A stretch of 64,000 nucleotides of DNA from the human T2T-CHM13v2.0 reference genome, Homo sapiens: the NCBI RefSeq assembly GCF_009914755.1, contig NC_060947.1; one strand, given 5' to 3'. Shown here piece after piece: positions 1 to 37,527 of this stretch. The number at the start of each line of letters is the position of its first letter. Within the stretch, counting starts at the first letter, position 1. Made by a program: the position numbers and the translations under genes. Under the pieces are notes generated by a model. The model had not been told where the DNA came from. It did not search any database and was given only the letters and a program-made list of their open reading frames with translations.

Positions 1-65
1 TACAGAAACATATCATCCTGGAATAAGAGCAGTTTTGTTTCCGCCATATTTTTTTCTTTTCCCTT

Positions 66-195
66 TTGTATTTTTTTGTAGAGACGGGGTTTTGCCATGT
101 TTCCCGGGCTGTTGTTGAACTTTTGAGTGCAAGTGATGCACCCACCTCACCTCCCACAGTGCTGGGATTACTGGCGTGGGCCACCGTGGCGGGCC
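66..195 (-). mobile_element. Alu left-arm fragment (one per unit)
   Basis: ttttgtagagacggggttttgccatg...gtgctgggattactggcgtgggccacc. Confidence 0.8.
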
Positions 196-545
196 CGTCG
201 TTGCCATTGTAAAGAGTTTTATTTCCTTTTCTGATTTTATGGCATTGCGCAGACCCACCCGTTACAATGGTGACAGTGGACATCCTTGTCTTATCCCTGA
301 TGAGAAACCGAAAAATTTCAACATTTCACCATCCTATTCACTCTCCTTTTTTTGTAGACGGACTTTATCAGAGTGAGTCATTGCATTCTGTTCCAAATTT
401 GCTGAGAGTATTCATTTGAATATATGTTGATTTTCATCAAACAGTGCATCTATTTCGATTACCACAGCGTTTTTTCCCATTCATGTGTTAATATAGTGAA
501 TTCGATTGATAAATTTGTACGTTTTTAGGTTCGATTATTAAAACT

Positions 546-839
546 TGAGACAGCGTCTCACTCTGTCACCGAGGCTGGAGTGCGGTGGTGTTATCAGAGC
601 TCGCTGCAGCCTTGACCTCCTGGGCTCAAGGGCGCCTCCCACCTCAGCCTCCTGAGGAGCTGTGAGTATAGGTACATGCCACCATGCCCAGCTAATTTTT
701 CGATGGTTTTTTTGTTTGTTTTTTGTAGTGATGAGATTTTCTGATGTTGCTTAGGCTGGTCTCGAAGTCCTGAGCTCAGGTGATCTGGCCAGCTCAGCCT
801 CCCAAAATACTAGGATTACAGGCGTGAGCCTTGGCCTGG
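546..839 (-). mobile_element. Diverged full-length Alu (AluJ-like; one per unit)
   Basis: tgagacagcgtctcactctgtcacc...ggattacaggcgtgagcc. Confidence 0.85.
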
Positions 840-1579
840 TCTGGTTTTTCTTATATAGGGGTCTTATCTATATAAAGACTAAAGTTAATCTGTGCCTTTG
901 TGCGGGTGGGCTAAGAGCATGATGACTTTTATCATTCTATTGATTTAAAGAAAACTGTCCTTGACTTACCAGTGTGTAAGTCCATGAAAGCATAATTCTG
1001 TTGAAAGCATATATTGTTAATGGGTGTTGGGAACCGTGCACTTTCCGCTGCTGTGGGAGCATGTCCTTGGAGGTACCTTTCATCTGTTTTCTCAACTCCA
1101 AACATCTTCGGACCATGGGTTGTGACTGGTAGGACTATGTATCTTGCTGCTTTCAAGACGGAGTATATTTTCACGTGGTGTCACTCTGGCTGTCCTGTTT
1201 CCCTAATACTGTCACTTCACCCTCTGCGATTCTGATGCTACAAATGATAGATATCGTTTTAGCATTTTCTTACGGGTCCTAGCGATTCTATTCATTTTTC
1301 TTTCAGTCTCTTTCTCTGACTTGTTCACATTGAACAATTTCCTTTTGGGATAGGTTGCTATTTCTGTTTTCGCAGGTGGTTTACCTGTCTTCCCAGCCAG
1401 TCACAGTGGTCCTTGTCCCCATGGTGGGTCCGGGGCAAGAGAGGGCCCTGGGTTGGGGGTGGGGTTCAGTTGAAGATGGGGTGAGTTTTGAGGGGAGCAC
1501 TACTTGAGTCCCAGAGGCATAGGAAACAGCAGAGGGAGGTGGGATTCCCTTATCCTCAATGAGGATGGGCATGGAGGGT

Positions 1580-2300
1580 TTGGGGCGTGGCGCTGGGAAC
1601 GGCAGCCCTCCCCAGCCCACAGCCGCGCATGCTCCCTGGGCTCCCGCCTCAGTGCGCATGTTCACTGGGCGTCTTCTGCCCGGCCCCTTCGCCCACGTGA
1701 AGAACGCCAGGGAGCTGTGAGGCAGTGCTGTGTGGTTCCTGCCGTCCGGACTCTTTTTCCTCTACTGAGATTCATCTGGTAGGTGTGCAGGCCAGTCATC
1801 CCGGGGGCTGAAGTGTGAGTGAGGGTGGAGAGGGCCTCGGGTGGGTCAGGCGGGTCCCGCTTCCTGGTCTGTGGCCTCCGAGGGAGAAGGGCCACGAGGT
1901 CGTCCTCCTTCCCTTCACAGGCTGCGAGGCCACCGGCGGCTTCGTGGTCGTGAAGGGGCCTGGACGGGGAGGAAGGTGGGCCGTGGAGGGGAGGCGGTCA
2001 GGGGCTCAGGTGAAGACGGGGTGAGTGCTGTTGGGGGGATGGAAGTCCCGAGGTGCCGGGATCCCCGACGACACAGGGCAGATTCCCTGAATGGGGCCCC
2101 TGGCGGGGGCGAGGCGGGCGGTGAAGAAGGGGCCTGGCACCTGGGAAGGCTGGGGCCTGGCGAGCCCCCCCCAGCGGTGTGGAGTGTGGAGCGCCCGAGT
2201 GAGAAGCACTGCAAGGTCTCACCTCCGCCATGGAAGGTCCGAAAACAGTGGGAAGGAGTGGGCGAGGCAGTGCGGTCCAACCAAACTTGTTGTGAGGGGG
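1580..2300 (+). promoter_or_regulatory. CpG-rich promoter / first-intron island (one per unit)
   Basis: High GC and CpG density around exon 1 with no obvious TATA box. NRF1-like GCGCATG motifs at 1625-1632 and 1653-1660, and an E-box CACGTG at 1694-1699. Confidence 0.7.
1700..1778 (+). other. Non-coding exon 1 of GAGE copy 1 (5' boundary approximate; one per unit)
   Basis: Ends ttcatctg|gtaggt (donor at 1779) and joins the exon 2 acceptor ttttcag|tgtgaaatATG (2817), matching the GAGE mRNA leader as I recall it. Confidence 0.8.
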
Positions 2301-2423
2301 GGTGAATGGCTCTAGGAAGTGGGAGTGTGCCCAAAGCAGCAATCACGAGAATTGTGATTCACTAGGGTTTTCGTGGGGAGTGCACTTGTGAAACTAAACC
2401 TCATCAGAAATGACCTCTGTCTG

Positions 2424-2590
2424 CGGGGCGCAGTGGCGCTCGCCTACGTAGTCCCAGTTACTGGGGACACTGAGGTGGGAGGATCCCTTGAGCGGGAGGT
2501 CGAGGCTGCAGTGAGCTGTGATCACGCCGCTGCACTCCAGCCTGAGCAACACAGCGAGACCGCGTGTCCAAAAGAAATTTAGAAAAAAAT
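2424..2590 (+). mobile_element. Sense Alu monomer / right-arm-like element in intron 1 (one per unit)
   Basis: gggcgcagtggcgctcgcct...gaggctgcagtgagc...gcactccagcctg followed by an A-rich tail. Confidence 0.8.
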
Positions 2591-2824
2591 GTCCTCTGCC
2601 TTTTGCCACACGCCTTAAGATGATTGCTCTGCCAGCCTGGCCAGCAGAAGTGGCTTTGTAGGCACTCAGACAGCGTACACACGTATGCTTAACTCTGGGA
2701 CTTATCTTGAGAGTATTTTCAAAAGTAAAACGGCAAGTTTACATTTATCCATGGAAGTGATCGAATATAGCAGCCCTGTGGAGCGCACGTTCCCAATCAC
2801 GGTTGTCTGTTTTCAGTGTGAAAT

Positions 2825-8910
<6,086 letters not shown>

Positions 8911-8975
8911 AAGAAGACACGTTGAAATGATGCAGGCTGCTCCTATGTTGGAAATTTGTTCATTAAAATTCTCCC

Positions 8976-8981
8976 AATAAA
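8976..8981 (+). terminator. Polyadenylation signal AATAAA of copy 1 (same in units 2-6)
   Basis: ctcccAATAAAgc lies 66 nt after the stop codon, with ATTAAA at 8962-8967 and T/GT-rich sequence downstream. Confidence 0.85.
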
Positions 8982-9117
8982 GCTTTACAGCCTTCTGCAA
9001 AGAAGTCTTGCGCATCTTTTGTGAAGTTCATTTCTAGCTTTTTGATGCTGTGAAATATGTATCATTCTTTGAAATCGTGTATTGTAACTCTCTGAGCTGG
9101 TATGTAGAGACATCGTT

Positions 9118-9426
9118 CTTTTTTTTTTCTTTCTTTCTTTGTCCTCTTTTGAGACGGAGTCTTGCTCTGTCGCCCAGGCTGGAGTGCAGTGGCACGATCT
9201 CTGCTCACTGCAACCCCGCCTCCCGGATTCAAGCAATTGTCTGCCTCAGCCTCCCGAGTAGCTGGGATTATAGGCACCCACCAGCACGCCTGGCTAAGTT
9301 TTGTGTTTTTACTAGAGATGGGCTTTCGCCATCTTGGCCGGGGTGCTCTTGAACTCCTGACCTCGTGATTCACCTGCCTTGGCCTCCCAAAGTGCTGGGA
9401 TTACAGGCATGAGCCTCCGTGCCCGG
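9118..9426 (-). mobile_element. Alu (AluS-like) just 3' of the gene (one per complete unit)
   Basis: gagacggagtcttgctctgtcgcccaggctggagtgcagtgg...ctcccaaagtgctgggattacaggcatgagcc. Confidence 0.9.
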
Positions 9427-9429
9427 TGG

Positions 9430-10070
9430 AGACATAATTCTTACATATTGGTTTTCTATCCAGCGGCCTTGTGAAATATGCTTGTGAATTCTAAAGTTTA
9501 CTTCTAGGTCGTTTTCAGTCTTCAATATACAGAAACATATCATCCTGGAATAAGAGCAGTTTTGTTTCCGCCATATTTTTTTCTTTTCCCTTTTGTATTT
9601 TTTTGTAGAGACGGGGTTTTGCCATGTTTCCCGGGCTGTTGTTGAACTTTTGAGTGCAAGTGATGCACCCACGTCACCTCCCACAGTGCTGGGATTACTG
9701 GCGTGGGCCACCGTGGCGGGCCCGTCGTTGCCATTGTAAAGAGTTTTATTTCCTTTTCTGATTTTATGGCATTGCGCAGACCCACCCGTTACAATGGTGA
9801 CAGTGGACATCCTTGTCTTATCCCTGATGAGAAACCGAAAAATTTCAACATTTCACCATCCTATTCACTCTCCTTTTTTTGTAGACGGACTTTATCAGAG
9901 TGAGTCATTGCATTCTGTTCCAAATTTGCTGAGAGTATTCATTTGAATATATGTTGATTTTCATCAAACAGTGCATCTATTTCGATTACCACAGCGTTTT
10001 TTCCCATTCATGTGTTAATATAGTGAATTCGATTGATAAATTTGTACGTTTTTAGGTTCGATTATTAAAA
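9430..10070 (-). mobile_element. Old degraded L1 (ORF2 region) fragments in the intergenic spacer, interrupted by Alu (one per unit)
   Basis: Motifs such as ggtgacagtggacatccttgtctt and ttttctatccagcggccttgtgaaat resemble antisense L1 ORF2 consensus from memory. Boundaries approximate. Confidence 0.55.
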
Positions 10071-12351
10071 CTTGAGACAGCGTCTCACTCTGTCACCGAG
10101 GCTGGAGTGCGGTGGTGTTATCAGAGCTCGCTGCAGCCTTGACCTCCTGGGCTCAAGGGCGCCTCCCACCTCAGCCTCCTGAGGAGCTGTGAGTATAGGT
10201 ACATGCCACCATGCCCAGCTAATTTTTCGATGGTTTTTTTGTTTGTTTTTTGTAGTGATGAGATTTTCTGATGTTGCTTAGGCTGGTCTCGAAGTCCTGA
10301 GCTCAGGTGATCTGGCCAGCTCAGCCTCCCAAAATACTAGGATTACAGGCGTGAGCCTTGGCCTGGTCTGGTTTTTCTTATATAGGGGTCTTATCTATAT
10401 AAAGACTAAAGTTAATCTGTGCCTTTGTGCGGGTGGGCTAAGAGCATGATGACTTTTATCATTCTATTGATTTAAAGAAAACTGTCCTTGACTTACCAGT
10501 GTGTAAGTCCATGAAAGCATAATTCTGTTGAAAGCATATATTGTTAATGGGTGTTGGGAACCGTGCACTTTCCGCTGCTGTGGGAGCATGTCCTTGGAGG
10601 TACCTTTCATCTGTTTTCTCAACTCCAAACATCTTAGGACCATGGGTTGTGACTGGTAGGACTATGTATCTTGCTGCTTTCAAGACGGAGTATATTTTCA
10701 CGTGGTGTCACTCTGGCTGTCCTGTTTCCCTAATACTGTCACTTCACCCTCTGCGATTCTGATGCTACAAATGATAGATATCGTTTTAGCATTTTCTTAC
10801 GGGTCCTAGCGATTCTATTCATTTTTCTTTCAGTCTCTTTCTCTGACTTGTTCACATTGAACAATTTCCTTTTGGGATAGGTTGCTATTTCTGTTTTCGC
10901 AGGTGGTTTACCTGTCTTCCCAGCCAGTCACAGTGGTCCTTGTCCCCATGGTGGGTCCGGGGCAAGAGAGGGCCCTGGGTTGGGGGTGGGGTTCAGTTGA
11001 AGATGGGGTGAGTTTTGAGGGGAGCACTACTTGAGTCCCAGAGGCATAGGAAACAGCAGAGGGAGGTGGGATTCCCTTATCCTCAATGAGGATGGGCATG
11101 GAGGGTTTGGGGCGTGGCGCTGGGAACGGCAGCCCTCCCCAGCCCACAGCCGCGCATGCTCCCTGGGCTCCCGCCTCAGTGCGCATGTTCACTGGGCGTC
11201 TTCTGCCCGGCCCCTTCGCCCACGTGAAGAACGCCAGGGAGCTGTGAGGCAGTGCTGTGTGGTTCCTGCCGTCCGGACTCTTTTTCCTCTACTGAGATTC
11301 ATCTGGTAGGTGTGCAGGCCAGTCATCCCGGGGGCTGAAGTGTGAGTGAGGGTGGAGAGGGCCTCGGGTGGGTCAGGCGGGTCCCGCTTCCTGGTCTGTG
11401 GCCTCCGAGGGAGAAGGGCCACGAGGTCGTCCTCCTTCCCTTCACAGGCTGCGAGGCCACCGGCGGCTTCGTGGTCGTGAAGGGGCCTGGACGGGGAGGA
11501 AGGTGGGCCGTGGAGGGGAGGCGGTCAGGGGCTCAGGTGAAGACGGGGTGAGTGCTGTTGGGGGGATGGAAGTCCCGAGGTGCCGGGATCCCCGACGACA
11601 CAGGGCAGATTCCCTGAATGGGGCCCCTGGCGGGGGCGAGGCGGGCGGTGAAGAAGGGGCCTAGCACCTGGGAAGGCTGGGGCCTGGCGAGCCCCCCCCA
11701 GCGGTGTGGAGTGTGGAGCGCCCGAGTGAGAAGCACTGCAAGGTCTCACCTCCGCCATGGAAGGTCCGAAAACAGTGGGAAGGAGTGGGCGAGGCAGTGC
11801 GGTCCAACCAAACTTGTTGTGAGGGGGGGTGAATGGCTCTAGGAAGTGGGAGTGTGCCCAAAGCAGCAATCACGAGAATTGTGATTCACTAGGGTTTTCG
11901 TGGGGAGTGCACTTGTGAAACTAAACCTCATCAGAAATGACCTCTGTCTGCGGGGCGCAGTGGCGCTCGCCTACGTAGTCCCAGTTACTGGGGACACTGA
12001 GGTGGGAGGATCCCTTGAGCGGGAGGTCGAGGCTGCAGTGAGCTGTGATCACGCCGCTGCACTCCAGCCTGAGCAACACAGCGAGACCGCGTGTCCAAAA
12101 GAAATTTAGAAAAAAATGTCCTCTGCCTTTTGCCACACGCCTTAAGATGATTGCTCTGCCAGCCTGGCCAGCAGAAGTGGCTTTGTAGGCACTCAGACAG
12201 CGTACACACGTATGCTTAACTCTGGGACTTATCTTGAGAGTATTTTCAAAAGTAAAACGGCAAGTTTACATTTATCCATGGAAGTGATCGAATATAGCAG
12301 CCCTGTGGAGCGCACGTTCCCAATCACGGTTGTCTGTTTTCAGTGTGAAAT

Positions 12352-18431
<6,080 letters not shown>

Positions 18432-21400
18432 AAGAAGACACGTTGAAATGATGCAGGCTGCTCCTATGTTGGAAATTTGTTCATTAAAATTCTCCCAATA
18501 AAGCTTTACAGCCTTCTGCAAAGAAGTCTTGCGCATCTTTTGTGAAGTTCATTTCTAGCTTTTTGATGCTGTGAAATATGTATCATTCTTTGAAATCGTG
18601 TATTGTAACTCTCTGAGCTGGTATGTAGAGACATCGTTCTTTTTTTTTTCTTTCTTTCTTTGTCCTCTTTTGAGACGGAGTCTTGCTCTGTCGCCCAGGC
18701 TGGAGTGCAGTGGCACGATCTCTGCTCACTGCAACCCCGCCTCCCGGATTCAAGCAATTGTCTGCCTCAGCCTCCCGAGTAGCTGGGATTATAGGCACCC
18801 ACCAGCACGCCTGGCTAAGTTTTGTGTTTTTACTAGAGATGGGCTTTCGCCATCTTGGCCGGGGTGCTCTTGAACTCCTGACCTCGTGATTCACCTGCCT
18901 TGGCCTCCCAAAGTGCTGGGATTACAGGCATGAGCCTCCGTGCCCGGTGGAGACATAATTCTTACATATTGGTTTTCTATCCAGCGGCCTTGTGAAATAT
19001 GCTTGTGAATTCTAAAGTTTACTTCTAGGTCGTTTTCAGTCTTCAATATACAGAAACATATCATCCTGGAATAAGAGCAGTTTTGTTTCCGCCATATTTT
19101 TTTCTTTTCCCTTTTGTATTTTTTTGTAGAGACGGGGTTTTGCCATGTTTCCCGGGCTGTTGTTGAACTTTTGAGTGCAAGTGATGCACCCACCTCACCT
19201 CCCACAGTGCTGGGATTACTGGCGTGGGCCACCGTGGCGGGCCCGTCGTTGCCATTGTAAAGAGTTTTATTTCCTTTTCTGATTTTATGGCATTGCGCAG
19301 ACCCACCCGTTACAATGGTGACAGTGGACATCCTTGTCTTATCCCTGATGAGAAACCGAAAAATTTCAACATTTCACCATCCTATTCACTCTCCTTTTTT
19401 TGTAGACGGACTTTATCAGAGTGAGTCATTGCATTCTGTTCCAAATTTGCTGAGAGTATTCATTTGAATATATGTTGATTTTCATCAAACAGTGCATCTA
19501 TTTCGATTACCACAGCGTTTTTTCCCATTCATGTGTTAATATAGTGAATTCGATTGATAAATTTGTACGTTTTTAGGTTCGATTATTAAAACTTGAGACA
19601 GCGTCTCACTCTGTCACCGAGGCTGGAGTGCGGTGGTGTTATCAGAGCTCGCTGCAGCCTTGACCTCCTGGGCTCAAGGGCGCCTCCCACCTCAGCCTCC
19701 TGAGGAGCTGTGAGTATAGGTACATGCCACCATGCCCAGCTAATTTTTCGATGGTTTTTTTGTTTGTTTTTTGTAGTGATGAGATTTTCTGATGTTGCTT
19801 AGGCTGGTCTCGAAGTCCTGAGCTCAGGTGATCTGGCCAGCTCAGCCTCCCAAAATACTAGGATTACAGGCGTGAGCCTTGGCCTGGTCTGGTTTTTCTT
19901 ATATAGGGGTCTTATCTATATAAAGACTAAAGTTAATCTGTGCCTTTGTGCGGGTGGGCTAAGAGCATGATGACTTTTATCATTCTATTGATTTAAAGAA
20001 AACTGTCCTTGACTTACCAGTGTGTAAGTCCATGAAAGCATAATTCTGTTGAAAGCATATATTGTTAATGGGTGTTGGGAACCGTGCACTTTCCGCTGCT
20101 GTGGGAGCATGTCCTTGGAGGTACCTTTCATCTGTTTTCTCAACTCCAAACATCTTCGGACCATGGGTTGTGACTGGTAGGACTATGTATCTTGCTGCTT
20201 TCAAGACGGAGTATATTTTCACGTGGTGTCACTCTGGCTGTCCTGTTTCCCTAATACTGTCACTTCACCCTCTGCGATTCTGATGCTACAAATGATAGAT
20301 ATCGTTTTAGCATTTTCTTACGGGTCCTAGCGATTCTATTCATTTTTCTTTCAGTCTCTTTCTCTGACTTGTTCACATTGAACAATTTCCTTTTGGGATA
20401 GGTTGCTATTTCTGTTTTCGCAGGTGGTTTACCTGTCTTCCCAGCCAGTCACAGTGGTCCTTGTCCCCATGGTGGGTCCGGGGCAAGAGAGGGCCCTGGG
20501 TTGGGGGTGGGGTTCAGTTGAAGATGGGGTGAGTTTTGAGGGGAGCACTACTTGAGTCCCAGAGGCATAGGAAACAGCAGAGGGAGGTGGGATTCCCTTA
20601 TCCTCAATGAGGATGGGCATGGAGGGTTTGGGGCGTGGCGCTGGGAACGGCAGCCCTCCCCAGCCCACAGCCGCGCATGCTCCCTGGGCTCCCGCCTCAG
20701 TGCGCATGTTCACTGGGCGTCTTCTGCCCGGCCCCTTCGCCCACGTGAAGAACGCCAGGGAGCTGTGAGGCAGTGCTGTGTGGTTCCTGCCGTCCGGACT
20801 CTTTTTCCTCTACTGAGATTCATCTGGTAGGTGTGCAGGCCAGTCAGCCCGGGGGCTGAAGTGTGAGTGAGGGTGGAGAGGGCCTCGGGTGGGTCAGGCG
20901 GGTCCCGCTTCCTGGTCTGTGGCCTCCGAGGGAGAAGGGCCACGAGGTCGTCCTCCTTCCCTTCACAGGCTGCGAGGCCACCGGCGGCTTCGTGGTCGTG
21001 AAGGGGCCTGGACGGGGAGGAAGGTGGGCCGTGGAGGGGAGGCGGTCAGGGGCTCAGGTGAAGACGGGGTGAGTGCTGTTGGGGGGATGGAAGTCCCGAG
21101 GTGCCGGGATCCCCGACGACACAGGGCAGATTCCCTGAATGGGGCCCCTGGCGGGGGCGAGGCGGGCGGTGAAGAAGGGGCCTGGCACCTGGGAAGGCTG
21201 GGGCCTGGCGAGCCCCCCCCAGCGGTGTGGAGTGTGGAGCGCCCGAGTGAGAAGCACTGCAAGGTCTCACCTCCGCCATGGAAGGTCCGAAAACAGTGGG
21301 AAGGAGTGGGCGAGGCAGTGCGGTCCAACCAAACTTGTTGTGAGGGGGGGTGAATGGCTCTAGGAAGTGGGAGTGTGCCCAAAGCAGCAATCACGAGAAT

Positions 21401-21872
21401 TGTGATTCACTAGGGTTTTCGTGGGGAGTGCACTTGTGAAACTAAACCTCATCAGAAATGACCTCTGTCTGCGGGGCGCAGTGGCGCTCGCCTACGTAGT
21501 CCCAGTTACTGGGGACACTGAGGTGGGAGGATCCCTTGAGCGGGAGGTCGAGGCTGCAGTGAGCTGTGATCACGCCGCTGCACTCCAGCCTGAGCAACAC
21601 AGCGAGACCGCGTGTCCAAAAGAAATTTAGAAAAAAATGTCCTCTGCCTTTTGCCACACGCCTTAAGATGATTGCTCTGCCAGCCTGGCCAGCAGAAGTG
21701 GCTTTGTAGGCACTCAGACAGCGTACACACGTATGCTTAACTCTGGGACTTATCTTGAGAGTATTTTCAAAAGTAAAACGGCAAGTTTACATTTATCCAT
21801 GGAAGTGATCGAATATAGCAGCCCTGTGGAGCGCACGTTCCCAATCACGGTTGTCTGTTTTCAGTGTGAAAT

Positions 21873-27973
<6,101 letters not shown>

Positions 27974-30900
27974 AAGAAGACACGTTGAAATGATGCAGGC
28001 TGCTCCTATGTTGGAAATTTGTTCATTAAAATTCTCCCAATAAAGCTTTACAGCCTTCTGCAAAGAAGTCTTGCGCATCTTTTGTGAAGTTCATTTCTAG
28101 CTTTTTGATGCTGTGAAATATGTATCATTCTTTGAAATCGTGTATTGTAACTCTCTGAGCTGGTATGTAGAGACATCGTTCTTTTTTTTTTCTTTCTTTC
28201 TTTGTCCTCTTTTGAGACGGAGTCTTGCTCTGTCGCCCAGGCTGGAGTGCAGTGGCACGATCTCTGCTCACTGCAACCCCGCCTCCCGGATTCAAGCAAT
28301 TGTCTGCCTCAGCCTCCCGAGTAGCTGGGATTATAGGCACCCACCAGCACGCCTGGCTAAGTTTTGTGTTTTTACTAGAGATGGGCTTTCGCCATCTTGG
28401 CCGGGGTGCTCTTGAACTCCTGACCTCGTGATTCACCTGCCTTGGCCTCCCAAAGTGCTGGGATTACAGGCATGAGCCTCCGTGCCCGGTGGAGACATAA
28501 TTCTTACATATTGGTTTTCTATCCAGCGGCCTTGTGAAATATGCTTGTGAATTCTAAAGTTTACTTCTAGGTCGTTTTCAGTCTTCAATATACAGAAACA
28601 TATCATCCTGGAATAAGAGCAGTTTTGTTTCCGCCATATTTTTTTCTTTTCCCTTTTGTATTTTTTTGTAGAGACGGGGTTTTGCCATGTTTCCCGGGCT
28701 GTTGTTGAACTTTTGAGTGCAAGTGATGCACCCACCTCACCTCCCACAGTGCTGGGATTACTGGCGTGGGCCACCGTGGCGGGCCCGTCGTTGCCATTGT
28801 AAAGAGTTTTATTTCCTTTTCTGATTTTATGGCATTGCGCAGACCCACCCGTTACAATGGTGACAGTGGACATCCTTGTCTTATCCCTGATGAGAAACCG
28901 AAAAATTTCAACATTTCACCATCCTATTCACTCTCCTTTTTTTGTAGACGGACTTTATCAGAGTGAGTCATTGCATTCTGTTCCAAATTTGCTGAGAGTA
29001 TTCATTTGAATATATGTTGATTTTCATCAAACAGTGCATCTATTTCGATTACCACAGCGTTTTTTCCCATTCATGTGTTAATATAGTGAATTCGATTGAT
29101 AAATTTGTACGTTTTTAGGTTCGATTATTAAAACTTGAGACAGCGTCTCACTCTGTCACCGAGGCTGGAGTGCGGTGGTGTTATCAGAGCTCGCTGCAGC
29201 CTTGACCTCCTGGGCTCAAGGGCGCCTCCCACCTCAGCCTCCTGAGGAGCTGTGAGTATAGGTACATGCCACCATGCCCAGCTAATTTTTCGATGGTTTT
29301 TTTGTTTGTTTTTTGTAGTGATGAGATTTTCTGATGTTGCTTAGGCTGGTCTCGAAGTCCTGAGCTCAGGTGATCTGGCCAGCTCAGCCTCCCAAAATAC
29401 TAGGATTACAGGCGTGAGCCTTGGCCTGGTCTGGTTTTTCTTATATAGGGGTCTTATCTATATAAAGACTAAAGTTAATCTGTGCCTTTGTGCGGGTGGG
29501 CTAAGAGCATGATGACTTTTATCATTCTATTGATTTAAAGAAAACTGTCCTTGACTTACCAGTGTGTAAGTCCATGAAAGCATAATTCTGTTGAAAGCAT
29601 ATATTGTTAATGGGTGTTGGGAACCGTGCACTTTCCGCTGCTGTGGGAGCATGTCCTTGGAGGTACCTTTCATCTGTTTTCTCAACTCCAAACATCTTAG
29701 GACCATGGGTTGTGACTGGTAGGACTATGTATCTTGCTGCTTTCAAGACGGAGTATATTTTCACGTGGTGTCACTCTGGCTGTCCTGTTTCCCTAATACT
29801 GTCACTTCACCCTCTGCGATTCTGATGCTACAAATGATAGATATCGTTTTAGCATTTTCTTACGGGTCCTAGCGATTCTATTCATTTTTCTTTCAGTCTC
29901 TTTCTCTGACTTGTTCACATTGAACAATTTCCTTTTGGGATAGGTTGCTATTTCTGTTTTCGCAGGTGGTTTACCTGTCTTCCCAGCCAGTCACAGTGGT
30001 CCTTGTCCCCATGGTGGGTCCGGGGCAAGAGAGGGCCCTGGGTTGGGGGTGGGGTTCAGTTGAAGATGGGGTGAGTTTTGAGGGGAGCACTACTTGAGTC
30101 CCAGAGGCATAGGAAACAGCAGAGGGAGGTGGGATTCCCTTATCCTCAATGAGGATGGGCATGGAGGGTTTGGGGCGTGGCGCTGGGAACGGCAGCCCTC
30201 CCCAGCCCACAGCCGCGCATGCTCCCTGGGCTCCCGCCTCAGTGCGCATGTTCACTGGGCGTCTTCTGCCCGGCCCCTTCGCCCACGTGAAGAACGCCAG
30301 GGAGCTGTGAGGCAGTGCTGTGTGGTTCCTGCCGTCCGGACTCTTTTTCCTCTACTGAGATTCATCTGGTAGGTGTGCAGGCCAGTCATCCCGGGGGCTG
30401 AAGTGTGAGTGAGGGTGGAGAGGGCCTCGGGTGGGTCAGGCGGGTCCCGCTTCCTGGTCTGTGGCCTCCGAGGGAGAAGGGCCACGAGGTCGTCCTCCTT
30501 CCCTTCACAGGCTGCGAGGCCACCGGCGGCTTCGTGGTCGTGAAGGGGCCTGGACGGGGAGGAAGGTGGGCCGTGGAGGGGAGGCGGTCAGGGGCTCAGG
30601 TGAAGACGGGGTGAGTGCTGTTGGGGGGATGGAAGTCCCGAGGTGCCGGGATCCCCGATGACACAGGGCAGATTCCCTGAATGGGGCCCCTGGCGGGGGC
30701 GAGGCGGGCGGTGAAGAAGGGGCCTGGCACCTGGGAAGGCTGGGGCCTGGCGAGCCCCCCCCAGCGGTGTGGAGTGTGGAGCGCCCGAGTGAGAAGCACT
30801 GCAAGGTCTCACCTCCGCCATGGAAGGTCCGAAAACAGTGGGAAGGAGTGGGCGAGGCAGTGCGGTCCAACCAAACTTGTTGTGAGGGGGGGTGAATGGC

Positions 30901-31414
30901 TCTAGGAAGTGGGAGTGTGCCCAAAGCAGCAATCACGAGAATTGTGATTCACTAGGGTTTTCGTGGGGAGTGCACTTGTGAAACTAAACCTCATCAGAAA
31001 TGACCTCTGTCTGCGGGGCGCAGTGGCGCTCGCCTACGTAGTCCCAGTTACTGGGGACACTGAGGTGGGAGGATCCCTTGAGCGGGAGGTCGAGGCTGCA
31101 GTGAGCTGTGATCACGCCGCTGCACTCCAGCCTGAGCAACACAGCGAGACCGCGTGTCCAAAAGAAATTTAGAAAAAAATGTCCTCTGCCTTTTGCCACA
31201 CGCCTTAAGATGATTGCTCTGCCAGCCTGGCCAGCAGAAGTGGCTTTGTAGGCACTCAGACAGCGTACACACGTATGCTTAACTCTGGGACTTATCTTGA
31301 GAGTATTTTCAAAAGTAAAACGGCAAGTTTACATTTATCCATGGAAGTGATCGAATATAGCAGCCCTGTGGAGCGCACGTTCCCAATCACGGTTGTCTGT
31401 TTTCAGTGTGAAAT

Positions 31415-37527
<6,113 letters not shown>

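Noticed and set aside
1841-2346. Long overlapping ORFs (154, 143 and 114 aa) in intron 1
   Set aside because: GC-rich, stop-poor sequence with non-ATG starts. Broken by stops or frameshifts in copies 2, 4 and 5-7. No recognisable homology.
2341-2359. Short inverted repeat aatcac-gagaatt-gtgatt
   Set aside because: A 6-7 bp stem is expected by chance and there is no supporting context.
8985-9810. Cluster of 68-146 aa ORFs downstream of the gene
   Set aside because: Typical Alu-derived translations ([25 protein letters not shown]).
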